From positions 300,001 to 332,000 of the forward strand of contig NZ_CP013213.1 in the NCBI RefSeq assembly GCF_001545095.1: 32,000 bases of DNA, written 5' to 3'. The translations under genes and the position numbers were made by a program. The first letter of the stretch is position 1; each line of letters opens with the position of its first letter. The DNA comes from Erysipelothrix larvae. Lineage in GTDB: Bacteria; Bacillota_I; Bacilli_A; Erysipelotrichales; Erysipelotrichaceae. The notes beneath the pieces were generated by a model. The model was not told the origin of the DNA. It made no database searches and saw only the letters and a list, made by a program, of their open reading frames with translations. Below are positions 16,444 to 25,356 of the stretch, piece by piece.

Positions 16444-17874
16444 ATGAACCGAAAAACATTATTCCAGGCATTTCAATGGTATGTAAAAACTGAAGATAAC
16501 CTATGGGTAAAGATTAAAGAAGAAGCAAAACACTATAAAGAACTTGGACTAACAATGATATGGCTTCCCCCAGCTTATAAAGGGGCAGCAGGATCAAATG
16601 ATACAGGGTATGGGGTTTATGACCTCTACGATTTAGGGGAGTTTGATCAAAAGGGGTCTGAGCGTACGAAGTATGGTACAAAGCAAGAATACCTCGAAGC
16701 AATCCAAGCACTAAAGGACGAGGGAATTGATGTGATGGTCGATGTCGTTCTGAATCACCGGATTGGGGCGGATGGTACTGAAGAAGTTCCAGCCAAGCTC
16801 GTAAATAGTGAAAATCGAATGGAAGAAATTGAAGAGAAAACGATTGAAGCGTGGACGCAATATAATTTTGAAGGGCGTGGGGATGTGTATTCTGACTTTA
16901 AGTGGAATCATACGCATTTTACGGGAATTGATTATGATGCACGTGATCATGAACAAGGTGTTTTCTTGTTTGATGGTAAAGAATGGGCGACAAAAGTGGA
17001 TGCTGAGTACGTTAACTATGATTACCTAATGGGTGCGGATGTTGACTTCAGCAATCAAGAAGTGCGTGATGAGTTGTTGCGTTGGATTCGCTGGTATAAA
17101 GATCTCGTGAAATTTGATGGTGTAAGATTGGATGCGGTAAAACACATTCAATTCCCATTCTTTAAAGAAGCACTGCGTGCATTACGGGGTGAAGACAATA
17201 CACTTGTAGCAGTGGGTGAATATTGGAGTGGTGATTTAAAAGCGCTTCATAATTACTTAATGGATGTGGACTTTTCAATGAGTTTATTTGATGTCCCACT
17301 GCACCATGCACTACAAAATGCCTCGATAGAGAAAGAAAACTATGATTTACGGACGATATTTAATGGTACACTTGTAAGTAATAACCCCCATTATTCAATA
17401 ACCTTTGTTGATAACCATGATACACAACCTGGGCAATCTCTTGAATCCTTTGTGGAACATTGGTTTAAACCGCATGCGTATGCATTGACTCTATTAAGAG
17501 ATGCGGGGACACCCTGTGTATTTTATGGTGATTTGTATGGAGATCCTGAGAATGGCATGGAGAAAGTCGAATGTTTGGAACTGTTAATGAAATTACGCCA
17601 AACAAACCTCTACGGTACCCGTTTTGATTTTCTGGATGATGCACATCAGATAGGATGGGTCTATACAGGAAACGATGAAGGGGATGGTTGTGTTGTGGTG
17701 ATAAATAACGCAAACCAAGCGCAAAAGCGGATGTTTGTTGGGAAACGAAACGCAGGGAAGACGTTTGTAGATGCACTAAACCCAGATTTAGTGGTAGAAG
17801 TAGATAGTGACGGGACCGCTGTGTTCTCAGTAATGGAGAAAAGCATCTCCGTCTATGTGAGTGAGGAACGATAA
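16444..17874 (+). CDS. Cytoplasmic alpha-amylase, GH13 (Bacillus licheniformis-type sequence, no signal peptide)
   Basis: 476 aa. It has GH13 conserved regions VDVVLNH, GVRLDAVKH, VGEYW and FVDNHD. The N-terminal block LFQAFQWY...GYGVYDLYDLGEFDQKGSERTKYGTK closely matches BLA-type amylases. It starts MNRKTLFQ with no leader. Confidence 0.9.
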   Translation: MNRKTLFQAFQWYVKTEDNLWVKIKEEAKHYKELGLTMIWLPPAYKGAAGSNDTGYGVYDLYDLGEFDQKGSERTKYGTKQEYLEAIQALKDEGIDVMVDVVLNHRIGADGTEEVPAKLVNSENRMEEIEEKTIEAWTQYNFEGRGDVYSDFKWNHTHFTGIDYDARDHEQGVFLFDGKEWATKVDAEYVNYDYLMGADVDFSNQEVRDELLRWIRWYKDLVKFDGVRLDAVKHIQFPFFKEALRALRGEDNTLVAVGEYWSGDLKALHNYLMDVDFSMSLFDVPLHHALQNASIEKENYDLRTIFNGTLVSNNPHYSITFVDNHDTQPGQSLESFVEHWFKPHAYALTLLRDAGTPCVFYGDLYGDPENGMEKVECLELLMKLRQTNLYGTRFDFLDDAHQIGWVYTGNDEGDGCVVVINNANQAQKRMFVGKRNAGKTFVDALNPDLVVEVDSDGTAVFSVMEKSISVYVSEER

Positions 17875-17876
17875 CG

Positions 17877-19730
17877 ATGATGATTGCTTATTATGATGAT
17901 GTTCATATTTTACACCTGCTCAGTGATACGCCTTTAGTTGATAAGGTGTTGTATGGCATTAATACGTTGGAAGTGTTGAGTGTAAATGGTCATGAAGGAC
18001 AATGGGTTTATGAACTAAGTTGTCCTGAATTACCGATTGGAACGCCAATTGAACTTGTGATTGGCGATGTGTATGTTCATGTAATTCCACGGATGATTGT
18101 GAAGACACAGTGGTTTGAAGACACCTTTGGTGTCGAAGATGCTCGTCTTGGATCGTGGGTAGAAGATGAAAAAACCTATTTTGCTGTATGGTCTCCAACT
18201 TCTGAAGATGTTCAATTAAAACTCGATGGCAATACCTATCCAATGACCCGAAATATTAAAGGGATCTATACGGCGCAATTTGATCAAAATTTGCATGGCG
18301 CTTTATATGCCTACGCAGTGGTGGCACATGGTGAACGCTTAACAACAACCGATCCTTATGCTAAAGCGTCCATGCCAAATCGGGGTGGGTCTGTGGTTGT
18401 GGATTTCACTAAACTTGACCTTGAAATCGAAGACTTTAAACCAAAAGGACCGCAAACTTTGCTTGAAGTCCATGTGCGTGATTTCTCAATGGACCCTGAA
18501 GTTCCTTTTATAAATCGTGGTAATTTCTTAGGCCTTTTAGAAAGTCATGGGAATTATGGCATGAAACACATTCTTGATTTAGGGGTGAGTCACATTCAAC
18601 TCATGCCGATCAATGATTTTGAAACGGTGGATGAATTGAACCCGCTTCGTAAATACAACTGGGGTTATGATCCCATGCAATATATGGCACTTGAAGGAAG
18701 TTACAGCAGCAATGTCAAAGATGCACATCAAATCATTCGTGATTTTGCGAAAGTAGTTGATGGGTATCATAAAGCAGGTGTGGGTGTGAATATGGATGTG
18801 GTGTTTAATCATGTGTATAAACAACAATACCATCCCCTAAATATTCTTGTCCCTTATTATTACTTTAGATATCGTGAGGATATGAAACTGAGTGACGGGT
18901 CATTTTGTGGAAATGAGCTCGCATCAGAGAAAGTAATGTGTCGCAAACTGATTGTTGATACCTGTGCCTATTATGTGGACACCTTTAAAGTTGATGGCTT
19001 TAGATTTGATTTAATGGGGCTTACAGATATTGAAACGATGCGTCAAATCCAAGTGCGTATGCCAGAGATTATGGTATACGGTGAAGGGTGGAAAATGCCA
19101 ACAGTTCTTGATGATGGACTGTGCGCAACCATTGAAAATCAATACAAACTCCCTGATGTTGGGTTTTTCAATGATGTCTTTAGAAATACCATTGGTGGTT
19201 CTTTGGATGGAGAAGACTTAGGGTTTGCTGGTCATCGTGGAATCCCTGTTGATTCAATCGTATCCGCAATCTTTGGGAGCGCAGATCCAGGGTATAGACC
19301 AACCGTCTTTACACATACCAAACAAAGTGTAAACTATGTCGAATGTCATGATAACTTAACGGTCGCAGATCGTGTGAAGATGAATGGTGAGTCATGGGAA
19401 AAAGCATTGTTTATGATTGGAATTATTTTAATGTCACAAGGGGTTGCATTCTTACAAATTGGTCAAAGCTTCTTTAGAGATAAACAAGGGGATCATAATT
19501 CGTATCAATCACCCGATGACATTAATATGATTCGATGGAAAACACTGGATGCGTATCAATCGATGAATGAAACGGTTCAGAAATGGATTCAAGTACGCAA
19601 TGATATGTATCAGGTAACTGAAGGATACCATGCCCGTATGAACGACACTACCTTAATCTACGTGTATGGTAATACAACATGGAACATAAACATTGTGGAT
19701 AAAACGATTGGGTATGAAATCAATGCTTAA
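17877..19730 (+). CDS. Type I pullulanase / debranching enzyme, GH13, no signal peptide
   Basis: 617 aa. The type I pullulanase signature YNWGYDP is present, along with regions MDVVFNH, GFRFDLMG, YGEGW and YVECHDN. The gene starts 2 nt after the amylase stop. Confidence 0.88.
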   Translation: MMIAYYDDVHILHLLSDTPLVDKVLYGINTLEVLSVNGHEGQWVYELSCPELPIGTPIELVIGDVYVHVIPRMIVKTQWFEDTFGVEDARLGSWVEDEKTYFAVWSPTSEDVQLKLDGNTYPMTRNIKGIYTAQFDQNLHGALYAYAVVAHGERLTTTDPYAKASMPNRGGSVVVDFTKLDLEIEDFKPKGPQTLLEVHVRDFSMDPEVPFINRGNFLGLLESHGNYGMKHILDLGVSHIQLMPINDFETVDELNPLRKYNWGYDPMQYMALEGSYSSNVKDAHQIIRDFAKVVDGYHKAGVGVNMDVVFNHVYKQQYHPLNILVPYYYFRYREDMKLSDGSFCGNELASEKVMCRKLIVDTCAYYVDTFKVDGFRFDLMGLTDIETMRQIQVRMPEIMVYGEGWKMPTVLDDGLCATIENQYKLPDVGFFNDVFRNTIGGSLDGEDLGFAGHRGIPVDSIVSAIFGSADPGYRPTVFTHTKQSVNYVECHDNLTVADRVKMNGESWEKALFMIGIILMSQGVAFLQIGQSFFRDKQGDHNSYQSPDDINMIRWKTLDAYQSMNETVQKWIQVRNDMYQVTEGYHARMNDTTLIYVYGNTTWNINIVDKTIGYEINA

Positions 19731-19780
19731 TCATAAAGCGTGGGTTTAGTTAATTAAAAATCTAAAGGATATGGTTTCAA

Positions 19781-19820
19781 AAAGAGGTGCGATCACAAAT
19801 GTGGGAGCACCTCTTTTACT
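19781..19820. terminator. Bidirectional terminator between the pullulanase gene and a convergent small gene
   Basis: AAAGAGGTGC (19781-19790) pairs with GCACCTCTTT (19807-19816). An A-run lies 5' and a T-run lies 3'. Confidence 0.75.
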
Positions 19821-19831
19821 GTAACTTTTGA

Positions 19832-20098
19832 TTAACGATTGTTGAATTTTTTTCCAATAAATAACCCTGAAACCAAATAAGGTGAAAGGAAAATATAATA
19901 TCTAAAGGGTGCACTGGCATTCAGGTATTCTTCAGCACTCCAATTCCAATCTAAGGCGTCCAATGCAATTGAAAAGTTCAAATAATAAGCGACAAATACG
20001 ACGCCAAGAAGTGTCGCAATCAGTAAAAGGTTTAAAAGTGTATTGATTGATTTTATCATAAGAGCTATCCCCATTGGCTTTCGCCTTATATGAATCAT
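19832..20098 (-). CDS. Small hypothetical membrane protein (about 75-88 aa, 2-3 TM segments)
   Basis: The hydrophobic segments are LLNLLLIATLLGVVFVAYYL and YYIFLSPYLVSGLFIG. The ORF ends at the bidirectional terminator. The start is uncertain (ATG at 20098, 20074 or 20059) and the RBS is weak. Confidence 0.4.
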   Translation of the reverse strand: MIHIRRKPMGIALMIKSINTLLNLLLIATLLGVVFVAYYLNFSIALDALDWNWSAEEYLNASAPFRYYIFLSPYLVSGLFIGKKFNNR

Positions 20099-20250
20099 TG
20101 AAGCAAATCATCAAACAAACAGTCAAGTTTGTAAAGATAGATTTGATCCGAATATTCTTATAACAAAAACAATCATTGCAAAATCTTAAAAAAATACAAA
20201 AAAAATTTATATCCAGAAAAGTGCTTAAAAAGTAGGTTTCCAACATTTTG

Positions 20251-20265
20251 TGGGAAACGTTTTCT
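20251..20265. promoter_or_regulatory. LacI/GalR-type (cre-like) operator O1 upstream of the malE promoter
   Basis: TGGGAAACGTTTTCT matches WTGNAANCGNWNNCW with one mismatch. Its core is the AAACGTTT palindrome. Confidence 0.45.
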
Positions 20266-20284
20266 GAAATCGCATACATAAGTG

Positions 20285-20312
20285 TTGACACGTAGCATAA
20301 TTTTTGTATAAT
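20285..20312 (+). promoter_or_regulatory. Near-consensus sigma-A promoter of the maltodextrin ABC operon
   Basis: TTGACA at 20285-20290 is followed by 16 nt and then TATAAT at 20307-20312. An AGGAGG RBS lies at 20344-20349. Confidence 0.65.
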
Positions 20313-20318
20313 AGTGGT

Positions 20319-20333
20319 AGGAAAACGATTTCA
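20319..20333. promoter_or_regulatory. LacI/GalR-type (cre-like) operator O2 just downstream of the -10 element
   Basis: AGGAAAACGATTTCA has the same one-mismatch pattern as O1 (G at position 2). Its centre lies about 68 bp from the O1 centre and overlaps the expected transcription start. Confidence 0.45.
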
Positions 20334-20357
20334 TAAGTTTTCGTAGGAGGAAATAAT

Positions 20358-21554
20358 ATGTTTAAGAAAGGTTTTCGCTTATTAGCGATTACACTGGCTA
20401 CTTTTGCACTAGTAGCATGCGGATCTACATCAAGTGGTGATGACAAAGGTCCAGTAACTTTAAAATTATGGGGGTCACAAGATGACCAAGCGTTCTTGAA
20501 AGAACGTGTTGAAGCGTTTAAAGCTGCAAACCCAGATACAGACTATACAATCGAACTTGGTGTTGTTGGTGAACCAGACGCACGTGAACAAGTACTTGCT
20601 GACTTAGATGCAGCTGCTGACGTGTTTGCATTCCCTAATGACCAATTACGTACATTAGTTGATGCAGGTGCTCTTTACCAAATCACACTAAACAAAGATG
20701 CAATTATCGCTGCAAATGGACAAGGTTCAGTTGAAGCTTCTATGTTAGATGACAAACTATTTGCTTATCCATTCTCAGCAGATAATGGATACTTCATGTA
20801 CTACAACTCAGAAATCTTCTCAGAAGAAGACGTAAAATCATTGGATGCAATGGTTGCACGTGCTGATGCTGAAGGTAAGAGAATCTACTTCGACCTATCA
20901 AATGGTTGGTATATTGCTTCATTCTTCTTAGGAGCTGGTGGAGAACTGAGCTTAGCTGATGGTAAACAAATTGTTGACTGGAATAATGAAGCAGGTCTTG
21001 CAGTTGGTGAAGCAATTCGTACATTCGCTAACTCACAAGCACACATTACTGGTGACGATGCTGCATTACTTGCAGGATTAGAAGATGGTTCAATTATTGC
21101 GGCTGTTTCTGGAACATGGATGGCTGATGACTTTGAGAACGCATTTGGTGAAGGCTATGCTGCTACTAAACTTCCAACATTTACAAAAGCTGGTGAACAA
21201 GTTCAATTAGGTAGCTTTGGTGGATATAAATTGTACGGTGTGAAAACAAGTACAGAATTCCCTGAAGAAGCAATGAAACTTGCTGAATTCTTAAGTAATG
21301 AAGAAAGCCAAATTATTCGTTTTGAAGAACGTGCTACAGGCCCTTCTAACTTAAAAGCTGCTGCAAGCGAAGCTGTACAAGCAAACGTTGCATTAAGCGC
21401 ACTTGCTGCTCAAGCACCTTACTCATCAAGCCAAATGGATGTTATTGATACATTCTGGGGTCCTGCTGAAGCATTCGGTACTGAAATTGAAAACGGAAGC
21501 ACACGTCCAATGCAAGAACTATTGGATGAAATGGTTGCTCAAATCACTAAGTAA
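20358..21554 (+). CDS. malE: Maltose/maltodextrin ABC transporter substrate-binding lipoprotein
   Basis: 398 aa. The lipoprotein signal has the lipobox ALVAC-GS. The body is MalE/MdxE-like (LKLWGSQDD, YPFSADNGYFMYYN, GGYKLYGV). Permease genes follow. Confidence 0.85.
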   Translation: MFKKGFRLLAITLATFALVACGSTSSGDDKGPVTLKLWGSQDDQAFLKERVEAFKAANPDTDYTIELGVVGEPDAREQVLADLDAAADVFAFPNDQLRTLVDAGALYQITLNKDAIIAANGQGSVEASMLDDKLFAYPFSADNGYFMYYNSEIFSEEDVKSLDAMVARADAEGKRIYFDLSNGWYIASFFLGAGGELSLADGKQIVDWNNEAGLAVGEAIRTFANSQAHITGDDAALLAGLEDGSIIAAVSGTWMADDFENAFGEGYAATKLPTFTKAGEQVQLGSFGGYKLYGVKTSTEFPEEAMKLAEFLSNEESQIIRFEERATGPSNLKAAASEAVQANVALSALAAQAPYSSSQMDVIDTFWGPAEAFGTEIENGSTRPMQELLDEMVAQITK

Positions 21555-21570
21555 AATAACTAAACATGGG

Positions 21571-21600
21571 TTGGAGGTGGTTGTCCACCTCCAATTTTGT
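21571..21600 (+). terminator. Intra-operon hairpin / partial terminator after the binding-protein gene
   Basis: TTGGAGGTGG (21571-21580) pairs with CCACCTCCAA (21585-21594) around a TTGT loop, followed by TTTTGTGTTTT. Confidence 0.6.
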
Positions 21601-21620
21601 GTTTTATAAAGGAGTCAATA

Positions 21621-22988
21621 ATGGAGAAACTTAAACAATTTTTCGAACCATTTAAGTTTGCAATAAAAGATGGCGATTCAAAAACGAAACTGTCACTGGT
21701 TGTGATGGGAGCGGGATCATTCTTGCGAAAACAATACGTAAGAGGGTTTACATATCTTTTGATTCAAATTGGATTTATCGCATATATGATAACGTCAGGT
21801 TTATCGCAAATTGCGGGTCTTCGTACCTTAGGTACGGTAGAACAAGGGCAAGTCTTTGATGAAGCACGGGGTATCTATGTCTATACTCAAGGGGATAACT
21901 CAATGTTGTTTCTTCTCTTTGGAGTTATGGCTGTACTTCTATTCATTGCATTTGTGGGTGTCTATCGCTTAAGTGTAAAAAACGCCGTTGAGAATCAGCA
22001 GTTATGTGAGTCCAAACAACCACTCATATCATTCAAACAAGATTGTCATGATTTAATGGATGGGAAGTTTCATATCACAGTACTTTCATTACCAACAGTA
22101 CTTGTTACAATCTTTACGATACTACCACTGATCTTTATGATCTTTATCGCTTTTACCAATTACGATATTAACCACCAACCTCCAGGAAACTTGTTTACAT
22201 GGGTTGGGCTCAATAACTTTAGAGACTTAGTTGCAAGCAATGGAATTATCTCAGGAACATTCTATTCGTTGTTACTGTGGACACTCATTTGGGCATTCTT
22301 TGCAACATTCTTAAACTATGTCTTGGGAATGCTTGTGGCGATGTTAATCAATCACAAACAAATTAAACTCAAAAAACTATGGCGTACGCTGTTGGTTGTT
22401 ACCATTGCGGTACCACAATTTGTAAGTTTAATGTTGATGTCCCAACTCTTATCCGATAATGGTGCATTGAATGGATTGCTTGCATCGTGGGGTTGGATCA
22501 GTGAATTCCAACCGATCAAGTTCTTAACGGATCCTAACATTGCCCGTATTACGGTAATTGTTGTGAACGTATGGGTAGGGATTCCATATACAATGTTGAT
22601 TACATCGGGAATCTTGATGAACGTACCGCAAGATATGTATGAAAGTGCACGCATTGATGGTGCATCCGCTTGGGTACAATTCAGAAAAATTACCTTGCCA
22701 TATATGTTAAATGTCACAACACCGTATCTGATTACTCAGTTTGTAGGAAATATCAATAACTTCAACGTAATCTTCCTTCTCACCGGTGGTGGACCGCTAA
22801 CCTTGAGTTATTATAAAGCGGGACGTACGGACTTACTTGTAACATGGCTTTATAAACTTGCACTTACTGAAAAGAACTATGCACTTGCATCTGCAATTGG
22901 GATCATAATCTTTATGATTATGGCTACGTTATCACTTGTAGTATTTAGAAGAACACTTGAAGACGGAAGGGAGAGTACATTCCAATAA
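21621..22988 (+). CDS. malF: Maltodextrin ABC transporter permease (MalF type)
   Basis: The protein is polytopic, and the EAA loop YESARIDGASAWVQFRKITLP is present. An AAAGGAG RBS precedes the ATG at 21621. The track start at 21597 lies in the hairpin tail. Confidence 0.85.
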   Translation: MEKLKQFFEPFKFAIKDGDSKTKLSLVVMGAGSFLRKQYVRGFTYLLIQIGFIAYMITSGLSQIAGLRTLGTVEQGQVFDEARGIYVYTQGDNSMLFLLFGVMAVLLFIAFVGVYRLSVKNAVENQQLCESKQPLISFKQDCHDLMDGKFHITVLSLPTVLVTIFTILPLIFMIFIAFTNYDINHQPPGNLFTWVGLNNFRDLVASNGIISGTFYSLLLWTLIWAFFATFLNYVLGMLVAMLINHKQIKLKKLWRTLLVVTIAVPQFVSLMLMSQLLSDNGALNGLLASWGWISEFQPIKFLTDPNIARITVIVVNVWVGIPYTMLITSGILMNVPQDMYESARIDGASAWVQFRKITLPYMLNVTTPYLITQFVGNINNFNVIFLLTGGGPLTLSYYKAGRTDLLVTWLYKLALTEKNYALASAIGIIIFMIMATLSLVVFRRTLEDGRESTFQ

Positions 22989-23839
22989 TGAAAAGTATAA
23001 AATTCAAACAAAGACTCACATCAATTACTGGACATTCATTCCTTACGGTACTATGTACGGTGTGGTTGTTGCCGATTGTATGGCTTGTTCTACAATCCTT
23101 TAGAGGCGAATCAACTGGACCTACCAATAACATTATTCCAAGACAATTTACCTTTGATAATTACATTAACTTATTTACAGATACTCGCTTGTTTAACTTT
23201 CCGCGTTGGTTTGGAAACACATTATTTGTGGCAGTCATCTCCTGTGTTATTTCCACAATGCTTGTGTTGATGACCAGCTATGCATTCTCTCGTTTACGAT
23301 TTAGTATGCGTGAGAAATACATGAAGATTATTCTTGTAATCGGGATGTTTCCAGGCTTTATGTCGATGATTGCGATTTATCATATCTTGAAAATGTTTGG
23401 ACTAACACAAACACTTTGGGCATTAATCCTTGTGTATTCAGGGGGCGCTGCAATGGGGTATTACATCTCCAAAGGGTTCTTTGATACGATTCCAAAGGCA
23501 ATTGATGAATCAGCGATGATTGATGGCGCAACAAAAAGTCAAATTTTCTGGAAGATTACCCTTCCAATGTCAAAACCAATCGTTATTTATACCATTCTTA
23601 CATCCTTTATGGCACCATGGGTAGACTTCGTGTTTGCTTCAATCATTATGCGTGATAGTTATAATAACTTCACCATGGCGATTGGTTTGTATGAAATGTT
23701 GAAACGTGAAAATATTGGGACTTACTTTACACAATTCTGTGCCGGTGCGGTTGTGGTTGCGATTCCAATTACAATTCTCTTTATCTTCATGCAGAAATAC
23801 TATGTTTCGGGAGTTACTGGAGGATCTGTTAAAGGGTGA
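22988..23839 (+). CDS. malG: Maltodextrin ABC transporter permease (MalG type)
   Basis: 283 aa. The EAA loop IDESAMIDGATKSQIFWKITLP is present. The start overlaps the malF stop in TAATG. Confidence 0.87.
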   Translation: MKSIKFKQRLTSITGHSFLTVLCTVWLLPIVWLVLQSFRGESTGPTNNIIPRQFTFDNYINLFTDTRLFNFPRWFGNTLFVAVISCVISTMLVLMTSYAFSRLRFSMREKYMKIILVIGMFPGFMSMIAIYHILKMFGLTQTLWALILVYSGGAAMGYYISKGFFDTIPKAIDESAMIDGATKSQIFWKITLPMSKPIVIYTILTSFMAPWVDFVFASIIMRDSYNNFTMAIGLYEMLKRENIGTYFTQFCAGAVVVAIPITILFIFMQKYYVSGVTGGSVKG

Positions 23840-25338
23840 AACGACTACTTTCTCTTATTCTCAGTATCTTATTGTTGACGGGGTGTGCTTCAAGTTCTGA
23901 TGAACTGGAGTATGTTAAACCCGAAATCAACAGCACCTACTATCAAATCTTTGTAGGATCATTTAGTGATAGTGATGGCGATGGTATTGGGGATTTAAAC
24001 GGTATTCGTGAGAAGTTAGATTACATCCAATATGATTTGGGTGCAAATGCTATTTGGCTCACACCAATCCATCCATCCCCAACTTATCATAAATATGATG
24101 TTGTCGATTATTATGGTGTTGATGAAGATTTTGGAACAATGGAAGACTTTGATGCCTTGGTAGATGAAATGAATGAACGGGGGATGGACTTGATTCTTGA
24201 TCTCGTACTTAACCATACCTCATCACGTCATCCTTGGTTTTTAAAAGCTGTTTCAGCACAGCTGAATGGCACCTGTGATCAAACACCAGAGTGTGATTTC
24301 TATAATTTCTCAACAACGCCACAAACAGGGTTCGCCCGAGCTGGCAATGATTTGTATTTTGAAGCAGTGTTTTGGGAAGGAATGCCTGACTTAAATCTTG
24401 CGAATGAAACGGTTCGGTCTGAAATTCAAGATATTGTTGGATTTTGGATGGATAAAGGCATAAAAGGCTTCCGTCTTGATGCAACAACCCATTTCTTTGC
24501 GGAAAATCTTGAAAAGAATGTTGAATTCTTAACCTGGTTTAATGATATAGTTAAACAAGAACGAAGCGATGCTTATCTTGTGGGTGAGGCATGGACTTCT
24601 GGAAGTATTGTGAATCGTATGTTTGCAAGTGGTGTGGATAGTTTCTTCAACTTTGATTTCAGTCAACAAAGTGGTGATATCGTGAAATCAATTCAAAGAG
24701 GCCAAGGAAACGCACTTGCTAATCTTGTGGTAAATCACACGGATACGATTCAATCGTTCAATGAAGGTGCCTTGGATGCAGTCTTTCTATCCAATCATGA
24801 CAATAACCGCAGTGCGGGTTATTTAAGTGTGAATGAAAACTATCAACGCATGGCAGCAAGTACTTACCTTTTAATGCCAGGAAATGTCTTCATTTATTAT
24901 GGAGAAGAAATTGGGATGAAGGGAAGTGGGATTGATGAAAACAAACGCTTACCGATGGTATGGAGTACCAGCGATGATGCCTTTATTCCAAATCCCCCAC
25001 CCAATGCAACCCAAACCAATACGCTTGAAAAAGGGGTAAAAGAACAACTTGAAGATAAAACGTCGTTGTTGATGCATTACCAACGGGTTGTATGTGTGCG
25101 AAATATGTATCCACAAATTTCACGAGCAAGTGTTAAAGTGGTCGATTTGGGTGAAGAATCGATCTATGCGACACAAATGGATGAAATTATTGTGATTCAC
25201 AACTTCTCAGATGATTCACAAACTGTTAAAATAAATGGAATAGAAAAGGTAACATTAGTGGATGGAACACAATCGCATTCTCAAAATGAGTTGACTCTGG
25301 GCGGATGGTCAAGTGTGGTTGTAACCATAACACAATAA
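23836..25338 (+). CDS. Surface-anchored lipoprotein GH13 alpha-amylase-family enzyme
   Basis: 500 aa. The lipobox is LLLTGC-ASS. GH13 regions LDLVLNH, GFRLDATTH, VGEAW and LSNHDN are present. The GTG start overlaps the malG stop in GTGA. Confidence 0.82.
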   Translation: MKRLLSLILSILLLTGCASSSDELEYVKPEINSTYYQIFVGSFSDSDGDGIGDLNGIREKLDYIQYDLGANAIWLTPIHPSPTYHKYDVVDYYGVDEDFGTMEDFDALVDEMNERGMDLILDLVLNHTSSRHPWFLKAVSAQLNGTCDQTPECDFYNFSTTPQTGFARAGNDLYFEAVFWEGMPDLNLANETVRSEIQDIVGFWMDKGIKGFRLDATTHFFAENLEKNVEFLTWFNDIVKQERSDAYLVGEAWTSGSIVNRMFASGVDSFFNFDFSQQSGDIVKSIQRGQGNALANLVVNHTDTIQSFNEGALDAVFLSNHDNNRSAGYLSVNENYQRMAASTYLLMPGNVFIYYGEEIGMKGSGIDENKRLPMVWSTSDDAFIPNPPPNATQTNTLEKGVKEQLEDKTSLLMHYQRVVCVRNMYPQISRASVKVVDLGEESIYATQMDEIIVIHNFSDDSQTVKINGIEKVTLVDGTQSHSQNELTLGGWSSVVVTITQ

Positions 25339-25356
25339 AACAAGTGAGGTGGAAGT

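Noticed and set aside
19932-20446. Minus-strand ORFs of 119 aa and 73 aa cover the malE upstream region.
   Set aside because: They run across the near-consensus malE promoter, its operators and the malE signal-peptide coding region. They have no RBS and an implausible composition.
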